Notes: generated by a model from the letters alone, not told the origin. DNA of 64,000 nucleotides from a virus (IMGVR_UViG_3300037041_001875:1600-65599), one strand, 5' to 3'. Counted from the first letter of the stretch, positions 27,789-38,007 are shown. A program made the numbers and translations.

Positions 27789-29054
27789 GTGCTACCCAAG
27801 CGCATGCGGAAAAAATTAGGCTCTCCTATCCCAAAATGGGCTATAAGTCAACAGGATATTGTTGACGTGAACCTACCTATTGGATTTCTAAGGGATTTTA
27901 TTGATTACGTTGAGCTATGTACTGACGCTCCTAGAGTTTTTGCGCTTGGAACAGGGCTAGGTATATTAGCCGTTGCGTGTGGTAAATGCAACGTTGTCGT
28001 TAAAAGTTCCGATCCTAAGCTAGAGTCTATTTTGCCCATTCGTCTATGGCAAGCGCTACTTGGAACGTCGGGACAAAGAAAATCTAAAGTAATGGATTTA
28101 GGTGTCGGATTATTACAACGCACAAATCATACTTTTTTATTGCCCGATGATGGCTCAGTAGAAGCTTGGCATGACGAGATGGTTGAGCAACCCATATCTT
28201 TAATGTATCAAGAAGAGTTGTCAGGGTTATTTGATGCTCAACAGAGGTCATATAGTAATGGATTGCAATCTTGGATGTTAAAGTTATGGTCTGGCACAGA
28301 TAAAGACAGGAAAACTAAAGGTGGTGGTATTAAATCCATAGTACGACCTAGATTAAATGTTCTTGGGGCCATACCTCCTGATGTGTTTCTGAAAAAAACT
28401 AGATCAACTGATTGGAGAAGTGGATACCTTCCACGGTTTTTATATTGGGGCGGCGCTAGAGAAGAATGGGCAGATAACTGCTACAATGCTCCTAAACAAG
28501 AACTATTCTTATCTGAGCAATTAAAACAGGTTCATTTTAATAGTGATGGTAATATAATAATACCCCATCTGATTAGCAAAATGCTATCAGAATGGTTTTA
28601 TGACACAATAGAATCAAAAAGGGAAGATTTTTTAGAAGATACTTATGCAGGACTGCTAAGACTTCAAGAAGTAGGTCATATTATAGCCGCTTTGGTGGCA
28701 TTATCACGATCTATGAGAATTGTTAGTAAAGTGTCTTCAACACGACTTCTTGTATTAGAGAGTGATATGAGTGTAGCAATTAAGATTCTTAACTTATGTA
28801 AGAAAACGATTGAATCTATATCCAGCAGAGCGAATAAAGACGGTGTATCGGTTATTGAAGAATCCATAGTCGACCTTTTAATCGGGAACTCCGCAGGGTT
28901 AACCGCAAGAGAAGTGGTCAGTAAATTACCTATGTCCTATGATGCCGCTTCTAAACATTTGAAAAGCTTAGCAACCGCCGGGATAGTATCAGTGACTTTT
29001 CGCCCCGGGCCTAGTAGAGGCAGGCCGTCTAATGTTTACAAATATAGTGAATAA
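27789..29054 (+). CDS. DUF3987/YfjI-like P-loop protein (replicative helicase-type) with C-terminal winged helix
   Basis: LLGTSGQRKS, EELSGLF, RLNVLGAIPP, SGYLPRFL, GRPS tail. Confidence 0.8.
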   Translation: MLPKRMRKKLGSPIPKWAISQQDIVDVNLPIGFLRDFIDYVELCTDAPRVFALGTGLGILAVACGKCNVVVKSSDPKLESILPIRLWQALLGTSGQRKSKVMDLGVGLLQRTNHTFLLPDDGSVEAWHDEMVEQPISLMYQEELSGLFDAQQRSYSNGLQSWMLKLWSGTDKDRKTKGGGIKSIVRPRLNVLGAIPPDVFLKKTRSTDWRSGYLPRFLYWGGAREEWADNCYNAPKQELFLSEQLKQVHFNSDGNIIIPHLISKMLSEWFYDTIESKREDFLEDTYAGLLRLQEVGHIIAALVALSRSMRIVSKVSSTRLLVLESDMSVAIKILNLCKKTIESISSRANKDGVSVIEESIVDLLIGNSAGLTAREVVSKLPMSYDAASKHLKSLATAGIVSVTFRPGPSRGRPSNVYKYSE

Positions 29055-29059
29055 AATCC

Positions 29060-29720
29060 CCTCGGGAGCGTCGATTTATTTTTGAGCCTCCATAATTTAA
29101 AGCTTAATGATTTCATATTTTTAGGTATTATTTATTTTTTATTTTTTGGAGCCCCCCCTCTCTCTTTCTCTTCTGTATAAATACCCGGGCAGGTATCTCC
29201 TCTACCTGTTCCTATGCACACTATATGCAAGGAACTAAATTGAACATCTCTCGCACCTTCTCACTCTCGCGCTCTCCTTCTTGCGAGCCTCAGATGGCCA
29301 GTTCACAGCTAGTTGAAGCCGTGTACCGTTGTAAACGCCCCACGCGAAGAACTTGGTGGGCGCGTGAACAGATGATCAAACTATGAGAAAATAAAAAAAA
29401 TATTCTAAATACATATGTAAGAGTGCGAGATCACTGAGGTTGTTTCTTTGTGATTTAACTACTTTTGACTGTTTTTAACCTTATAAACTTGAAATCGTTA
29501 AGCTTTTTGGCCTATATCGCCATGTGATTTTTATGTGTTTTTATGGGTTTTTATGAGGGCATTAATAAGGTAACTCTTAATAAACAGATTGAAACAAAAA
29601 CGTTCTAACTGTCGTTACAACGTTGAGACAACGTCTATACGACGTCGTCTCTTAGCTTCAGACGACGTTGTATCTTCGCTTCAAACGACGTTTGTCTCGA
29701 AACTGTGTAAGACCTTCGAA
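29060..29720. promoter_or_regulatory. Candidate replication origin: AT-rich tract plus phased ACGT-core repeats
   Basis: Large AT-rich noncoding gap next to the helicase-type gene; ACGT at 29600, 29620, 29631, 29642, 29665, 29688. Confidence 0.45.
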
Positions 29721-29792
29721 GCATCAAAAGCGATCTGAACAAGAGACGCTGTGAAGGACAAGAAGAAAAGTTGAACCCCGACGCTTTTTTGT

Positions 29793-29820
29793 TTGACACC
29801 GTTGGAAGCTTTGGTAAACT
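29793..29820 (+). promoter_or_regulatory. Sigma70-type promoter
   Basis: TTGACA-16 bp-TAAACT, 8 bp before ATG 29829. Confidence 0.55.
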
Positions 29821-29828
29821 GCTGGGCA

Positions 29829-30566
29829 ATGAACGCGGCAACGCACGACCTCTGCTTGTTCTGGGTTCCCAATAGGGTGGCTCCCACCCCACGTAGTTCC
29901 TCAGTAAATACCGAGAATCCCGACGACATTTGCGCCTATCAGGACGAGGTCACTGCCCTCGAAACCCTACGCGAAAAGCTGAGCGTGGTAGCCCAAAAGG
30001 CTACTGGGACCATTCACGAGCTTCCCCAAATTGACGGTGCTCCTAAGCTCATCGAGAAGCCTTGGGCTACCTTCGAGGCAGGGCAGCGCTATGTGGCTTG
30101 GAACCTGTTCGCCGTCGACCCTATCAGCGGTCATGAGGTCCAGCTCTCAAAGCGCCTCGAGAACGTTGGCGGCGGGGTCATGTGGCTCGAATCGATCCGC
30201 TCAGATCGTGCCGTGACACGAGTTGTGCCACCTCAAGAGAACATCGAGCGAGGATATCGGTGCGAAACGTGTCGGAGATTCTCCTACGAGCAGGGCCAAA
30301 AATGGCTCAACCAAGAGACGCACCGCTTCGAGAGCGCTAACGCGCAGATGTGGCGTGATGTCATGGAGCTCATCGCCGAAAAACAGGATGTAGAGGTTCC
30401 GAATTCCCTAGAAGACTTCGGCGCCTGTTTGGAAGATTCCAAGCTGGTTGCAAAAGTATACCCTGGCTGTAATAAGTACAAAGCTCGCGTAGCCTGGAGA
30501 GTCGACCAATGCCCAACGGGAACGACTCTCGGAGAGGAGAATGGCGAGTCTCGCCTTGGGCGGTAA
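29829..30566 (+). CDS. Hypothetical protein with C-terminal Cys cluster
   Basis: CETCRRFS...GQ...GAC...PGC. Confidence 0.65.
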   Translation: MNAATHDLCLFWVPNRVAPTPRSSSVNTENPDDICAYQDEVTALETLREKLSVVAQKATGTIHELPQIDGAPKLIEKPWATFEAGQRYVAWNLFAVDPISGHEVQLSKRLENVGGGVMWLESIRSDRAVTRVVPPQENIERGYRCETCRRFSYEQGQKWLNQETHRFESANAQMWRDVMELIAEKQDVEVPNSLEDFGACLEDSKLVAKVYPGCNKYKARVAWRVDQCPTGTTLGEENGESRLGR

Positions 30567-30991
30567 CAACCGCTAGCGAGGCTCGAAACGTAGCAGGGCC
30601 AAAGATGATCGTGCCGGATTCCCAAGCGAATTCAATGCGTTTGGCGTCTGGAAGGCCCCATGGACTGTGCGCACATTTTTCGTTATCCGATGGACAAGAG
30701 CTCGTTAACGATCAATCGTTTTTCAGAGAGCTTTTAAACGGAGGATTGGCGGACACCGCCTACCTACCTGAGTGGCTTGACAAGTCAGGTGGCTACGGGA
30801 TCTGTACGCTCATTGGTTCGGATACGTTGATCCATGCTCTGCATCCGGGAACTTGTACGCTAACCCAGGCAAATGCCTGGGGAAAAGCCGAAGGCTTGCA
30901 TGCTTGGCGTCGTGGTGACGGCGATATCGTCGTCTGCCCGTGCTGGCAAGAGAAATCCGCACAATCTGGCAAGGGGTCCAGGCGTCGATGA
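30509..30991 (+). CDS. Cys-cluster protein similar to the previous gene's C-domain (true start probably downstream)
   Basis: HGLCAHFS...GQ...GIC...PGTC. Confidence 0.55.
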   Translation: MPNGNDSRRGEWRVSPWAVTTASEARNVAGPKMIVPDSQANSMRLASGRPHGLCAHFSLSDGQELVNDQSFFRELLNGGLADTAYLPEWLDKSGGYGICTLIGSDTLIHALHPGTCTLTQANAWGKAEGLHAWRRGDGDIVVCPCWQEKSAQSGKGSRRR

Positions 30992-31335
30992 TTCCACTTA
31001 TCCCCTTCCAAGACCTGCTCGTGATAACCCTAATTGCCGTGGGATTCTCATTCGTTGTGACTGGTTCCACGATAGGATATCCCATCCGTTTCGTGGCCTA
31101 TAAGGCCCTCGGCTGGATAGGCTCAAGCCCCATTTGGCTCGATAGCATCGCTCGTTGCCCGTACTGTCACGCATGGTGGCAGGGGCTCGGGTGGGCTTGG
31201 TACACCGGACACGGATTCTGGGAATCTCTTCAGGCGGCTTTCGCCGCATGCGGAATCGCCGCCATAGTACAAGCTCAGTGGTCACTCGCAGCAGGGAAAG
31301 AAAGCTACGTCAGGGAAGGGCGCAAAAATGTCTAA
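30988..31335 (+). CDS. Membrane protein with CxxC (DUF1360-like)
   Basis: TM helices and CPYCHAWW. Confidence 0.65.
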   Translation: MIPLIPFQDLLVITLIAVGFSFVVTGSTIGYPIRFVAYKALGWIGSSPIWLDSIARCPYCHAWWQGLGWAWYTGHGFWESLQAAFAACGIAAIVQAQWSLAAGKESYVREGRKNV

Positions 31336-33139
31336 AGTCAGCAAAGAAGAGGTCTTGAAGGCCTTGGGCACGGCCCAATTGCAGGGCGTCAAAGAGGCCG
31401 TCAAAGAGCAGACCAAGGAGATGGGCATGCTCAGCGGGATGATGCCGGGAAGGGCGAATCCCGTGGTCACAGGGGCCTTTGAGCAGGTCGCTCAGCAGGC
31501 CACAGCCGTGCGGCTCAACATCCAACGGCGAGATCCAGTCTCGGGCAAAATGACGTATATCAGAGGCCCTGGCGAAATCGACGCCAACCTCATCGCCAGC
31601 AAGGGCCTGCCCGAGATTATTGATGACTGGTGCGGCGGCGGCGAGTACACCGTCGAGGTCATGGCGCCCGGTCAAGAGCGCCTCATGCAGAACTTCACGG
31701 TCGGCGGGGCTCCGCAAGATCCTGGCTATCGAGCGAAGACTGCCGTTGCCGGCGGGGTTCCGGTCAATCAGGCCTATGACCCCTCGCACTACTTCGGCGT
31801 GCCGAGGCCGATGTACGCATCTCCGCAAGACAACTCGAGCAATATGGCCGTCAAAATGATGGAAATCATGATGGCCAAGGAAATGATGAGTGCCAAACTG
31901 GGCAGCGTATCCAACGCAGGTCAAGCCTCGTCCGAGGTCCAAGAGCTCCGCGCCGAGCTCGCTCGCATGCGGGATGACCAGAAGCGCGCCGAAGAAGATC
32001 GCCGCCGCACCGACGAGATGGAACGCTTGCGGCGCGAGGCGGCCGAAGACCGGCGCAAGTCCGAAGAGCGCTTCGAGAAGCTGCTCTCCGAGATGCACAA
32101 GGACAAGACCCCGGCGTGGGTAGGCCTGGCACAAGCGGCGATGCCTGCGCTTGCCGAAGTCTTCAAGGGCAAGGACGCCACAATGGGCCTGCTCTCGAAC
32201 ACGTTCGGGACCGTCTTGCAAGCGCAGCAAATGGCCGCACAGCAGCAGTCTGAGACCTTCAAGATGCTGTTGAACCGGCCCACGGCTACGGACGAAATCT
32301 CGAAGATGACCTCGGTCTTCGCACAGAGCCAGCTCACGAACTTGCAAACCATCAACCAGATCGTGAGCTCAGGCCTGCTCGACAAGGGCGGCGGACACCC
32401 GCTGGTCGAGCTCCTCTCGCAGATCATCGACCAGGGCGGGCAAGTGCTTCAGGCCGGTCTATCGGGCAAGCAGGCGGCCGCAGGCAACATCGCCGGCATA
32501 GAACCGGAACCGGCTCCAGTGCTCCCACCTCGAGCAAGCTCTGAGGTTCCGCAGTTGCCGGCGCCCAAGGACACCCAGAAGCAATATGACCTAAACGCCG
32601 ATCCCTCGTTTCGGGTTATCATCGAGCAGATCAAGGGCAACGGCGATCCACGAGAGATTGCTCTGAGACTCTATCGCCACGGACAACCCCTTCGAGAAGA
32701 CCAAGGGCACCCGTTGGCGAAGTCTTGGTGTCGAGATCCTGAGAGTTACTCACGCCTCGTGCTCAGCCAGCTAGGTGTGCCTGACGCACGCATTCAGCAG
32801 ATCACAACGGCGCTGGTAGACCTCGCGCTGTGGGTCAAAGATGGCCGTGACCCAGAGGAATTCGCCAAGGTCGAAACACGCCGACGTCGACGCAAGAGGT
32901 TAGTGCCTTCAGCATCACCAGAGATGCAAGCGACACACGGCTTCTCGTTCAACCCTGACGAGCTTGATGATAGCGCCGAAGAAGAGTTCTACGAGGACGA
33001 CGACGGCGATGATGAACTGAGCAGAAGTCTCGAAGACGACGAGCTTGACGGTGAGGACGATGCACAGCAACAAGAGATGAGCTCGGTCATCGCAGAAGAG
33101 GCTCGGGCCGCCGAGGCTTCTTCAGTTGCGGAGTCGTGA
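31328..33139 (+). CDS. Large coiled-coil protein with acidic tail (putative virion/assembly protein)
   Basis: 603 aa, strong codon bias, E/R coiled coil, RRRRRKR then D/E-rich tail. Confidence 0.8.
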   Translation: MSKVSKEEVLKALGTAQLQGVKEAVKEQTKEMGMLSGMMPGRANPVVTGAFEQVAQQATAVRLNIQRRDPVSGKMTYIRGPGEIDANLIASKGLPEIIDDWCGGGEYTVEVMAPGQERLMQNFTVGGAPQDPGYRAKTAVAGGVPVNQAYDPSHYFGVPRPMYASPQDNSSNMAVKMMEIMMAKEMMSAKLGSVSNAGQASSEVQELRAELARMRDDQKRAEEDRRRTDEMERLRREAAEDRRKSEERFEKLLSEMHKDKTPAWVGLAQAAMPALAEVFKGKDATMGLLSNTFGTVLQAQQMAAQQQSETFKMLLNRPTATDEISKMTSVFAQSQLTNLQTINQIVSSGLLDKGGGHPLVELLSQIIDQGGQVLQAGLSGKQAAAGNIAGIEPEPAPVLPPRASSEVPQLPAPKDTQKQYDLNADPSFRVIIEQIKGNGDPREIALRLYRHGQPLREDQGHPLAKSWCRDPESYSRLVLSQLGVPDARIQQITTALVDLALWVKDGRDPEEFAKVETRRRRRKRLVPSASPEMQATHGFSFNPDELDDSAEEEFYEDDDGDDELSRSLEDDELDGEDDAQQQEMSSVIAEEARAAEASSVAES

Positions 33140-33142
33140 GCC

Positions 33143-33355
33143 ATGGCGGTCAACATCGACCGCGGACAGATTTCGGTGCGCTTGACGGACGACCAAGCAC
33201 GCGCCCTCGAGCGGTATCGGGTAACGCTTCAGAAGAGAATCCGATGCCACGCCCCCGGGTGGTCATGCAGTTCGGCACATGCGATCCGCGATCTGATTTT
33301 GAGAGGATTGAAGACCGAAGGCCTCATTCCTGACGTTGTAGAACCCCCAGAATAA
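33143..33355 (+). CDS. Ribbon-helix-helix protein
   Basis: ISVRLTDDQ...SSAHAIRDLI. Confidence 0.6.
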   Translation: MAVNIDRGQISVRLTDDQARALERYRVTLQKRIRCHAPGWSCSSAHAIRDLILRGLKTEGLIPDVVEPPE

Positions 33356-33480
33356 TGGTTTCCACTAGTTAACGCTCAACATCCCCCTGTTAACTCCCAC
33401 CTACAACCGCCCAATATAATTGCGGTTTCATTGAACACACTGGAAAACCTAAGTATTCAAAAACACCCAAGATTTAGCTA

Positions 33481-33508
33481 TTGACCACTAAATAGCTAGT
33501 TGTAGTCT
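33481..33508 (+). promoter_or_regulatory. Promoter of the structural operon
   Basis: TTGACC-16 bp-TAGTCT. Confidence 0.5.
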
Positions 33509-33516
33509 GCCAGTGT

Positions 33517-34104
33517 ATGAGTCTATCTGGCAGAAGGATTGTCGACGCGCAATTCGGGACGGCCGAAGTTCACGATGTCTATTCGCTCAACGACCGTTTA
33601 TCCCTCATCAACGGTCAAGTTTTCAAAAGCCTGCGAGACCCTTCCATACGCGCCCTTGCGTTAGACCTCGTTCGAGGCACCCCGCAACATGGCAATGAAT
33701 CCGAGCTGTCTGAACTGTCAAGAGTCTTCTGGTTCGTCAAGAAGAACGTTGAATACAGGCAAGACCCACACCAGTACGATTTATACTCTACAGCTTCTAG
33801 GACCATCCAAGTGCATGCCGGGGATTGTGACGATCACTGCACGTTGATCGCTGCCTTAGTTGGAAATCTTGGATTCATTCCAGGGGCTAAAGTGATTTCA
33901 CCGGATGGAGCTAACTGGCACATTTACGCGCTAACTTCAGTGTTTCCGCGTAGCAACCCGCAAGCTCCCACGGCAAGATACCTAGCTCTCGACACCACAC
34001 AACCACTGAGTCATCCAGGTTGGGAACCTCCCGCGAAGTTCCAACGCTATGCACGGGTGGTCACGTTCACTGAAAGCGGGCCACTGGTCCAAACCGTGAG
34101 GTAA
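33517..34104 (+). CDS. Transglutaminase-like (Cys-His-Asp) protein, candidate maturation protease
   Basis: VEYRQDP, GDCDDH, WHIYA, LALDTT. Confidence 0.85.
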   Translation: MSLSGRRIVDAQFGTAEVHDVYSLNDRLSLINGQVFKSLRDPSIRALALDLVRGTPQHGNESELSELSRVFWFVKKNVEYRQDPHQYDLYSTASRTIQVHAGDCDDHCTLIAALVGNLGFIPGAKVISPDGANWHIYALTSVFPRSNPQAPTARYLALDTTQPLSHPGWEPPAKFQRYARVVTFTESGPLVQTVR

Positions 34105-34106
34105 TC

Positions 34107-35024
34107 ATGGAATATCATCGTTTCATTACGGACCCCAGTCGAACATTGTCTGCGGCAGATCGCATGGATGTGTTCGGCGGCGGGATGGACCCTGCGGGCC
34201 TCGGCACTTTGGGAGCTCCAGTGAATCCAGCGCACGTCTTTGAGTACCTCGGCGAGAATCTCCCGCCCTCGGGGAATCCGAAGGAGATCATCGGGCGCGG
34301 CGGGGATCGTTGGAGTCGGGGCGCTCAGGATATCTACGGTGGCAAGTATATCACGGAAACGCAAGACCGTCTCTCGCCCAACACCAAGACGATCACCGTC
34401 GAGGATGCGAAGCCGGTCGTCATGCGACCAGACGAGCTCACTGAGATCAAGAACAACTCGCAGATCGTTCGGGAGATGACGCAGAACATCGGCTCAGTTC
34501 GAATGTTCGCTGCTCGTCCGAATGCGAACGTGCTCGCTGAGCAGGTCAGTGCCGATGCCGAGGCGCGTAACGTTCAGGACCAAGCTGTCGCGCTCGTTTA
34601 CGAGAGCCAGATGGATGCCATTCGAGCGACGCACCTGGGTGCTCGAGCTCGAGGCGCTGCTCTTCGCGGTGAGACCATCGGCGCATTGCCCACGGTGTCT
34701 CTAAATCGCAAGTTCTTGCCGACAACGAATATCGTTCGCATGCAAGCGCCAGTTCTCATGAAGACTATGGTGACACTCTACCCCGCGGGGAAGGCGAGCT
34801 CCCCACCGGCCGGTAGCAGTGACCCCGCACCAGTGTCTTTCACGACCGGCGAGAACATGTCCTTGGCCACCTTCCCCACAACCTCGAACGGCTCGTTTTC
34901 AGCCGAAGAGGCCGGCATGGGGGAAACCTACGTGGACACGCGCTTCGAGCCCACGAAGATTGCCTTGATTCTCGGTGGCGTCGCAGTCGCGGCCCTTGCC
35001 GCCTACTTTTTCATGAGGCAATAA
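34107..35024 (+). CDS. Putative virion membrane protein (C-terminal TM)
   Basis: IALILGGVAVAALAAYFFMRQ. Confidence 0.7.
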   Translation: MEYHRFITDPSRTLSAADRMDVFGGGMDPAGLGTLGAPVNPAHVFEYLGENLPPSGNPKEIIGRGGDRWSRGAQDIYGGKYITETQDRLSPNTKTITVEDAKPVVMRPDELTEIKNNSQIVREMTQNIGSVRMFAARPNANVLAEQVSADAEARNVQDQAVALVYESQMDAIRATHLGARARGAALRGETIGALPTVSLNRKFLPTTNIVRMQAPVLMKTMVTLYPAGKASSPPAGSSDPAPVSFTTGENMSLATFPTTSNGSFSAEEAGMGETYVDTRFEPTKIALILGGVAVAALAAYFFMRQ

Positions 35025-35027
35025 CCC

Positions 35028-36005
35028 ATGAAGACCTGGGTATGGATTGTCGGTGGAGTTGGCGTTGCGGCTGGCGCGTGGTGGTATCTCAAGGGTCGCA
35101 ACTCTGCAACGACCGAGATGAGTTACCCCGAAGGCGTGGTCCCTGGTGTAACTCCTGGTTATCCTCTTGCTCCTAGCGTCGATGAGCTCCCGCCTGACGT
35201 TGCTCAACAAGAAACTCCAATGGGAGGATCGAATGCTCCACAGCAATCCTCTTCGCAAGCGTCCGCGTTCAGTCCTGTGGCTATGGCAAGCTCCGCTTCA
35301 AGCAGCGGCTCGCCATATGCCGTGGGCACCGGAAACGGATCAACCACAACGTCGACGACGACGGCGCCAGCGACAACAAGCCTGCTGAAACGTGCTCCCG
35401 TGCGGGTCAAGGCTGTGCCCCCGAGGCCTATGGTAGTGGTTACGCCGATGGCAGTAGCGCCAAAGGTTACTTCAATAGTAGCAACAAAACCAGTGGCAGT
35501 GTTTGAGCCAAAGGTTACGCCGATGGCAGCAACAGAACCGGTGGCGGTGTTTGCTCCAATGGTGCCAATAGCGGCACCAGTGTCCGTGCCGACACCAATG
35601 TTCGCGCCAAAGCCGGTGGTTACCGCCGAAGCTGTAGCTCCGACTGTAGCTCCGACTGTAGCAGCTCCATTGGTGAAACGTGAACTGGTGCCGGTTATGG
35701 TCACGACCTACCGAAGTCCGGTGACGAGCGCCACGCGGACGGTCGTCGTTCCGATGGTGAAGGCTCCAAGTCCGACTGTTGTCGCTCCGAGGCCGAAGAG
35801 CCCAACGCCGACCGTGGTCACTCCTTTGACCAGGCCACTGGCCGTGGTCCGACCGACGAATCTTCGAGGCGTCTATGCTGTGGGAGCCGACTTCACCGAA
35901 GCCGAGTATCGCGCTATGGGAGTTCGTGCCGAGCTCGAGACGCGGCGGCGTGAGTGGGCAGCAAATCAAATGTCTGAACAGACAAATGCAATGGCAAGGA
36001 GATAG
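35028..36005 (+). CDS. N-anchored P/V/T/A-rich membrane protein
   Basis: WVWIVGGVGVAAGAWWYLK plus low-complexity stalk. Confidence 0.7.
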   Translation: MKTWVWIVGGVGVAAGAWWYLKGRNSATTEMSYPEGVVPGVTPGYPLAPSVDELPPDVAQQETPMGGSNAPQQSSSQASAFSPVAMASSASSSGSPYAVGTGNGSTTTSTTTAPATTSLLKRAPVRVKAVPPRPMVVVTPMAVAPKVTSIVATKPVAVFEPKVTPMAATEPVAVFAPMVPIAAPVSVPTPMFAPKPVVTAEAVAPTVAPTVAAPLVKRELVPVMVTTYRSPVTSATRTVVVPMVKAPSPTVVAPRPKSPTPTVVTPLTRPLAVVRPTNLRGVYAVGADFTEAEYRAMGVRAELETRRREWAANQMSEQTNAMARR

Positions 36006-36007
36006 TC

Positions 36008-36295
36008 ATGACACAGAAGAGCAAAAAGTCCTGCAAGTTGACCACGGCAAAAGCCGCAAGAGGAAATTTGGCAGCGGCGCGAGCGCACAAAGCTTTCCAG
36101 GATTGTGCGTCTGGAAAGAAAAGTTGCAGTGCCGCCGAAGAAAAGAAGCTCATGGGGCAGATCAATAAGCTTCACGCTTCTTCCAAAAAGGACACAGACA
36201 AGCTTTGGTTTGTTTGTTCTAAATCAGAATATGACAAGGCAATGAGCGCTTCTCAAAAGCCTGCCGTAGCTTTTTGGAAGAACCTGAAAAAGTAA
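36008..36295 (+). CDS. Lys-rich basic protein
   Basis: Composition; packed in operon. Confidence 0.6.
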   Translation: MTQKSKKSCKLTTAKAARGNLAAARAHKAFQDCASGKKSCSAAEEKKLMGQINKLHASSKKDTDKLWFVCSKSEYDKAMSASQKPAVAFWKNLKK

Positions 36296-36314
36296 GGATT
36301 GGAGAACCCCAACC

Positions 36315-36698
36315 GTGGCTAAAGCTATCACATTGTCTGGAATAGCACAAGCGGCAAACGTCCCTTGGCAGTATCGTGCATGCACGCCCGTCGAGGTCTT
36401 CTCCCCGCCGCTAAACCAGAACGTGACGGTATGCCGTGAGTCGCTTCCAGCGGCCACGCCGACGACGGTTGTGCCAGCGGCACCCATGCCTATGCCGAAG
36501 AAGCGCGGCCGGCCTCGAGGCTCAAAGCCAGGCGCCCTCGATAAGAAGGGTCGACCGATTCATCGGCCGCAGTTCCCGGTATGCTCTCGGTACGAGTGGA
36601 TTCAGACGAAAAAAGGCCTGCGGTGTAAGTGCACTCGCGGTCAAGGAAAGTATGCCCCGAATGACATGTGTCGTCGAGGGTCAAACAACGCGGGCTAG
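36315..36698 (+). CDS. AT-hook basic protein with Cys motif (putative DNA-condensing)
   Basis: KKRGRPRGSK; TKKGLRCKC. Confidence 0.65.
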   Translation: MAKAITLSGIAQAANVPWQYRACTPVEVFSPPLNQNVTVCRESLPAATPTTVVPAAPMPMPKKRGRPRGSKPGALDKKGRPIHRPQFPVCSRYEWIQTKKGLRCKCTRGQGKYAPNDMCRRGSNNAG

Positions 36699-36719
36699 CT
36701 TTGCCCGTAGGAGGTCGAC

Positions 36720-37214
36720 ATGGGAAAAGACATGATCGCCCGCAACGACGGGCAAGATGAGTCGGATGGCGATTTCGGTGCGCTCGACATTCAAGTGTTG
36801 AGTGGACTGGACCTCTCTGCTGACAACGTGATCCCGCCGATTCTGGGTGTGGGCGCGGCCGCGATTTCCTCGCTGCTCGTCCGAAAGTTCGTCGCGCACG
36901 AACTGGTCCAGAACTGGGCGGACGCGATTGGCGGTGTGATCGGTGCAGCTCTCTGCATGCCGATCAAATACTGGAAGGGCGACGAAGCCATGAGCTCTGC
37001 CATGGTGTCGTCTCTCGCTTACGGCGTGGTCACAACTGCCGTGAAGAAGCTCGGCCCCATGCTCGGCATCGGCTATCTGGTTCCCCAGATGAGCGGCTTG
37101 GCCATGGAGCGCATGGGCTATCTGCCGCAGATCCCGACCATGTCCGCACAGCAAGCATCTATTCCACGTGAGGTCCGTGCGTCCGCTGACATTTCGGCTT
37201 TCGGCCGTCCGTAG
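36720..37214 (+). CDS. Multi-TM membrane protein directly upstream of the capsid candidate
   Basis: Three hydrophobic helices; AGGAGG RBS. Confidence 0.7.
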   Translation: MGKDMIARNDGQDESDGDFGALDIQVLSGLDLSADNVIPPILGVGAAAISSLLVRKFVAHELVQNWADAIGGVIGAALCMPIKYWKGDEAMSSAMVSSLAYGVVTTAVKKLGPMLGIGYLVPQMSGLAMERMGYLPQIPTMSAQQASIPREVRASADISAFGRP

Positions 37215-37280
37215 TCAGTACGCAAAAACAAATGCCGCTTTAAGGCATAGAAGACCGAAAAGGTCACTGGAGATTTCAAC

Positions 37281-38000
37281 ATGGCACAGATCAAGAAAAT
37301 CGAGTTCGGCGACGGATCACAAGTAACGATCACTGACTGGGGTGATTACCCCCTCTGGTCGCGCATCTGCGTCGGCGTGAACACGTTCGGCACGGACCAA
37401 GCTTTCTTCCAGTACCAGAGTGGACAGGCGGCGCCTGGCATCACTCTGTCGACTGACCTGGACACGAACATGCTCGCCAACGGCCAGCTCCCGGCGTCGC
37501 ATGAGTTCCTCGTTTACTCGTTCCAGATCATCCCCGACGAGATCCTCGGCGTGGATACGGTCGTAGGCGAGACGACCTACGTGGCCGGTCAGCACCTCCC
37601 CGAAGTGGACGTGACGGCGGGCTTCCAGAAGATGAACCAAATCTTCAACTCGACGCTGTTCCAGTTCCGCATCGAGCAGAGCAAAACCTACGTGGAAGGC
37701 CCCATCGCGTACTTCCCCGCAGGCGGCGGCTCGCACATCGAGCACAACTCGGCTGTGGACGGCCAAGCTTCCGAAGCCGCGGACTACATCGAGGCCTACT
37801 CGATTCACAACGGCCGGCAGGGCTGGGACCACGTCCGTCGCTTGTGGATGCCGATCTACATTGCCGGACTCGAGACCTTCCGGGGCACCCTGCGTGCTCC
37901 TCGTGGAACCGGGTTCAGCACAAACGTTCCCATCGACTGGGACTTCGGCATGGGCTTCACGTGCCGCATGACCGGTCCGCGCAAGCGTCCGACCTACTGA
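37281..38000 (+). CDS. Candidate major capsid protein (single jelly-roll-like)
   Basis: Strong codon bias, beta-strand pattern, TNM..NGQLP, one copy of the module that is duplicated in the next three genes. Confidence 0.55.
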   Translation: MAQIKKIEFGDGSQVTITDWGDYPLWSRICVGVNTFGTDQAFFQYQSGQAAPGITLSTDLDTNMLANGQLPASHEFLVYSFQIIPDEILGVDTVVGETTYVAGQHLPEVDVTAGFQKMNQIFNSTLFQFRIEQSKTYVEGPIAYFPAGGGSHIEHNSAVDGQASEAADYIEAYSIHNGRQGWDHVRRLWMPIYIAGLETFRGTLRAPRGTGFSTNVPIDWDFGMGFTCRMTGPRKRPTY

Positions 38001-38007
38001 TCTGACC

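Noticed and set aside
31310-32347. Long antisense ORFs (also 9235..9921, 26600..27388, 43703..44878, 59158..60216)
   Set aside because: Shadow frames of GC-rich genes that carry clear motifs on the opposite strand
31328-33139. Tail tape-measure protein or packaging ATPase
   Set aside because: No tail genes nearby and no Walker A motif in the protein
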